Assembly (NCBI GenBank): GCA_964016885.1
Contig: OZ024743.1
Coordinates: forward strand, 64,790,001-64,854,000
Direction of reading: 5' to 3'
Length of the DNA: 64,000 nucleotides
Origin: Eledone cirrhosa
Lineage: Eukaryota
Shown here: one piece after another, positions 60,037 through 64,000 of the stretch
Layout of the letters: each line of letters begins with the position of its first letter
How positions within the stretch are numbered: the first letter of the stretch is position 1
The notes under the pieces: generated by a model
The model's database searches: none
Told to the model about the DNA's origin: nothing
What the model saw: the letters and a program-made list of their open reading frames with translations, nothing else
Translations under genes and position numbers: made by a program

Positions 60037-63000
60037 ATGTTCTATGAATTAACAAACATTAAATTTAGAGACATCTGAAACTATATATATTTTCACAAGG
60101 GATTCATTTTTCTTTTTTCCTTTCTTTTCATTACTGTATTCTTGCTTTGAGGGAATGTCCAGTATTCTGGAATGTTCTAAGAAATGTAAATATTACCCCC
60201 TAAACCATAAAATGGATTTTAAGGGTTGATCCTCAGCACAGGTTTCCTGGTGTTAAACATAGAGGCAAATCAGAGTCTGTCATAGCTAACATTCCCAAGG
60301 GACATGATCCCTACTTTTGACAGACAGTATTAAGGTGTATGGCCCAAATACACAATGAAATATCTGTAGTGGTGTAGTTGGTTGAACTCAAGATGAGATC
60401 TGTGAATCTGAAGCCTAATATCATATCCACTCTATTATTCTACTTCTACACTCAAATAGGGCATCCTTGAAAACAGTCTTAACTATTTTGACACCACCCA
60501 CCCTTAAACTGTCATGGTTTTATGATATGCAACTACTCATACATTAAAACCTTCATCATAAATCTATTTAAGAAATTTTTGTCAAGTAATATTTCAAACA
60601 TCAGCTTAATAACTTCATCTGCTCCAAATCATGAATTGTTCATTTGAAACATTTCCACATAGAAATAGGTAAGTGTTTAGTTCAAATCTACAGCATGTGG
60701 TATCAAATATTTGAACGAGACCTTCAAAGACCAAAGTGGAAGAGGACTCTGTGCCATTGGCAGTTGAGCACAGGTGCCCAATCTGTCATATTGTCATTGT
60801 TGTTGAACACATAAGTAAAGTATTTTATTAGAACAAAAGGGCCAAGTGAAGATACACTAGAGTGAATTCCATTTGCTTTTTTCAGCCATGTCAAAGAATT
60901 TGAGATCCTCTGACATAAAGAACACACCAGTACAGTGACCTGTACCTGTTTTCAGTAGAGATGGAGCCAGTCTTTAATCTGTAATGTACCCAGTTAGGAA
61001 CATCACACAATACCAATGGCAAGGTATATAATAACCTTCATTGTTCAGACATTCTGCTAACAATCAATAGATTTGGTCAGCTGTAAATCTTTCTTTTATT
61101 GATTTTTAACCCTTTTGTTTCCATATTTATAATTAAATATGGTAACAGAATTTGAATTAATGAAGAATCTGGAGGAGTTTACTAAAATTATTAATGATTT
61201 CATTAAGATGATATAGTATTTGTAACATTACAAAAGGTAAAAAATGTACATTAGAATTAAATAAGAATCCTTTAAAATTGGTAATTTTGTTTCAAATAAC
61301 CAAAAGAGTTAAACTTGATACAAACTAAAACGTGACATCACAGAAATATTGTAAATTATAAAAAAAAAGATTGGCCAGTATAGCAATTGTATCTTTTTGA
61401 AAAGACTTAATGGAAGAGAGTGAAGAAAAAAAGCAAAGCAATATGCTAAACTTTTATAATTCTTATACTTTCAGTGCCCAAAACATCAAATAGAAAATAT
61501 TAGTGATGTATAACCACACCTCCTTCCACCCCCACCCCCACTACCACCACCAAATAAAAAAAAAACTGTTATTTCCAACTCTCACCCTACTGAAAATTGA
61601 AATTTATAATTTTGTAAAAGATATTATTTCATATCACACAAAAGCAAATATTGTTAGTGAAATTGCTATTATTGATATTAATTGGTAATAAAAAGATGAA
61701 CATTGGCGGAGGGGGCGGGGGGGGGGGGGGGTCCAATCAAATTAGATGCATGTCTTTAATTCTATGATTTAGACAGAATAAAGTTAGAATTAAAGACATT
61801 TCTGTTTGATTCAACTTAGTTATAACCCATCAATTGTAATTATCACTCATTAGATAAAGCTTTGGCCCTTTACAAATCTGATAATGAATATACATATATG
61901 TATATCGTTAGACCTTGGTAAGGTCATGCTGCCAATAAAAACACATGCACCAGTTGTGTTTTTGTTGGCAGCATGACCCTCCCAAAGTATAATATCTGTT
62001 TCAAAACAGTTTCACATCAAGAATCTTATCTTGCAAAATAAATACAAAAACGAACTATATTTATTTATATATATGCAAACCCACATAAGAAATATAGGAA
62101 ATTGGTGAGAGGAAGAAATTTACAAAAAAAAAAAAAAAGACAAAATAGAACAACAAAATAAATATCTTCAAAATCAGCTTCAAAAGGTTTACCTGGAGCA
62201 GTGAACAGCACCAGTGTTAGAGGGTTAAATGCTTGAAAGAGATATAAACATCCTCTTGGATAAGAAGGCTGTCTCTTGGAAAATGAGATTTCAAAATATT
62301 TTGCATGTGTATCTATCAGCTAGGTAAACTGAGCTGCACAGAATTATCTGTCTTGTCCAATAACACTTATTAAATGCCATCAATAGGTTTGAATATAAGA
62401 CCATTACTCAAATAAACTAATACAGTATCTACTTGGCTATTTTGCTTCTACTAGACAGAGTTTTCTGTATAACTGAAAGAATTTAAATTACAGTGCACAC
62501 AGTCTGAAAATATACCCAGAAAGGAGTGACTCTCAGCTATTTCTTTGAAATTTTGTCTCTACTGGACAGATTTTGCTATATAACTGAAAGGGTTTAAATT
62601 ACAGTGCACATACAGCCTGAAAATATACCCAGAAAGGAGTGGCCCCAGCTATTTCTTCCAAATTTGTAAACATTAACAAAGAATTAGTCCAATTTGATCT
62701 CATTGTAATTCTACAACACTTTTACTGGCTTCAGTTATCAATTTAAAGGGTTTAATTAATCATGTATGCAAATTTGCAGTATACAACAAAAAGAAATTAG
62801 CTCATACAAACTATATTATCTTTTTGTTTAAAATAGGACAGATGGCAGAAAAAAATCCTGGCTACCTAATTTGTCTTTGTACTGACCAGTTTCACTATGG
62901 ATAGTTTTTCAAAGTTTCATTTGTTCTGGTGTTGATTATTGTTATTTTGTTTTTAGTATCCTTTTTCTCTGGAATGTTATATATAAGAGCTCATTACAAT

Positions 63001-64000
63001 TAAGTAAATATTACTCAGAGTTGAAATTTCACCAAATTGCGACTGAGTTTCATATCTTCTTACATGAAATTATGCATCACAAGGTGCAAAGTTTCAGTTT
63101 TTAGCATAATATATATATATAGTTGAAGATTAAAAAAGACAAACAGAGAATAATTATACAGAGTCCTATTAGTTTCATACTTGTGGGGAAAAGAAAAAGA
63201 ATGTTCCAACATATCAGACATCAGTCCTTCATCAGAAAAGAGTAAAATTAGGAGAGAAAGGAGGTTGGAAGATTGGGGAGAAAATCTTTTTTACATACAG
63301 TTATATCGCATAGGTAAGGATTAAATTATACATCAGAAATGTTAGTAATGGGGTTTCTTATATGTAAAGAACTGAAATCTCAGATTTACAAAGGAAATGG
63401 GGAAAAGTGTTTAGCCCTTTCTCAATGTCATTAACAACCTCAGTAAAATGTAACTTGGTTTGTTAAAAAATTTACCAACAGACAACAGCATAGAACACAT
63501 AGCTAATAGGACAGTCTTCTGACATTTCTCATGTATACCGCCACACAACACCATAATACACAGTTACTAAAAGAAGTATAACAGAAGCATTAATACAATG
63601 ATTGTATATATGGACCTGTAACTCCTGGGAGTCGTAGGGACACTGTAGTGTCATATGGCGTTTCTTGGGCATTTTAAACTTGGTTGAGCCGCACCCATTC
63701 CCTGTCCAACATTGAATACAACATACTTCTTCCAGACAAGGATTGAGAGTGATAAAGAGGAAGTGAGAAAGAGAAACTGAGAAAGAATCGACCCCAATAC
63801 TGAACTGGTACTTTATTTATCGACCTCGAAAGGATGAAGGGCAATATTGATACAGAAATAGTTTTCTTCATGAATATAAACAACAGGTCTTGTGAGTAGG
63901 AAACTAACTATTGTACAATTGAGCTATATATATATACACACATACACACACACATATATATATATACACACACACATACATATATATCTGTATGTATATA

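Noticed and set aside
62192-62229. Possible short minus-strand exon (FNPLTLVLFTAP) of the PGAP2-like gene; similar candidate near 54791
   Set aside because: Splice-like ends but no recognisable family similarity, so it cannot be supported.

Overview
AT-rich, repeat-dense animal genomic DNA. The tRNA-SINE, RTE, CR1 and microsatellite landscape looks like an octopus/cephalopod, which is an inference. Three host genes can be read from splice sites and protein motifs. (1) TAF1 on the minus strand: 16 coding exons from the ATG at 27303 down to 1679, 833 codons, continuing beyond the left edge. (2) Mitochondrial lipoyl synthase LIAS on the plus strand, head-to-head with TAF1: only 3 coding exons, 34343-40509, 359 aa. 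(3) The last coding exon of a PGAP2/Frag1-family gene on the minus strand (50691-50833). Just downstream of LIAS is an apparently intact RTE-clade LINE (1022-aa APE+RT ORF) with a C4HC3 PHD finger inserted inside the RT domain. Introns and spacers contain RTE, CR1, R4/Dong and CRE retrotransposon fragments, tRNA-SINEs, mariner and hAT MITEs and a Helitron. They also contain a hammerhead-bearing palindrome, a U2 snRNA 5' fragment and several minisatellites, including a 3.3-kb 48-bp array that grew out of an RTE-related element in a TAF1 intron.
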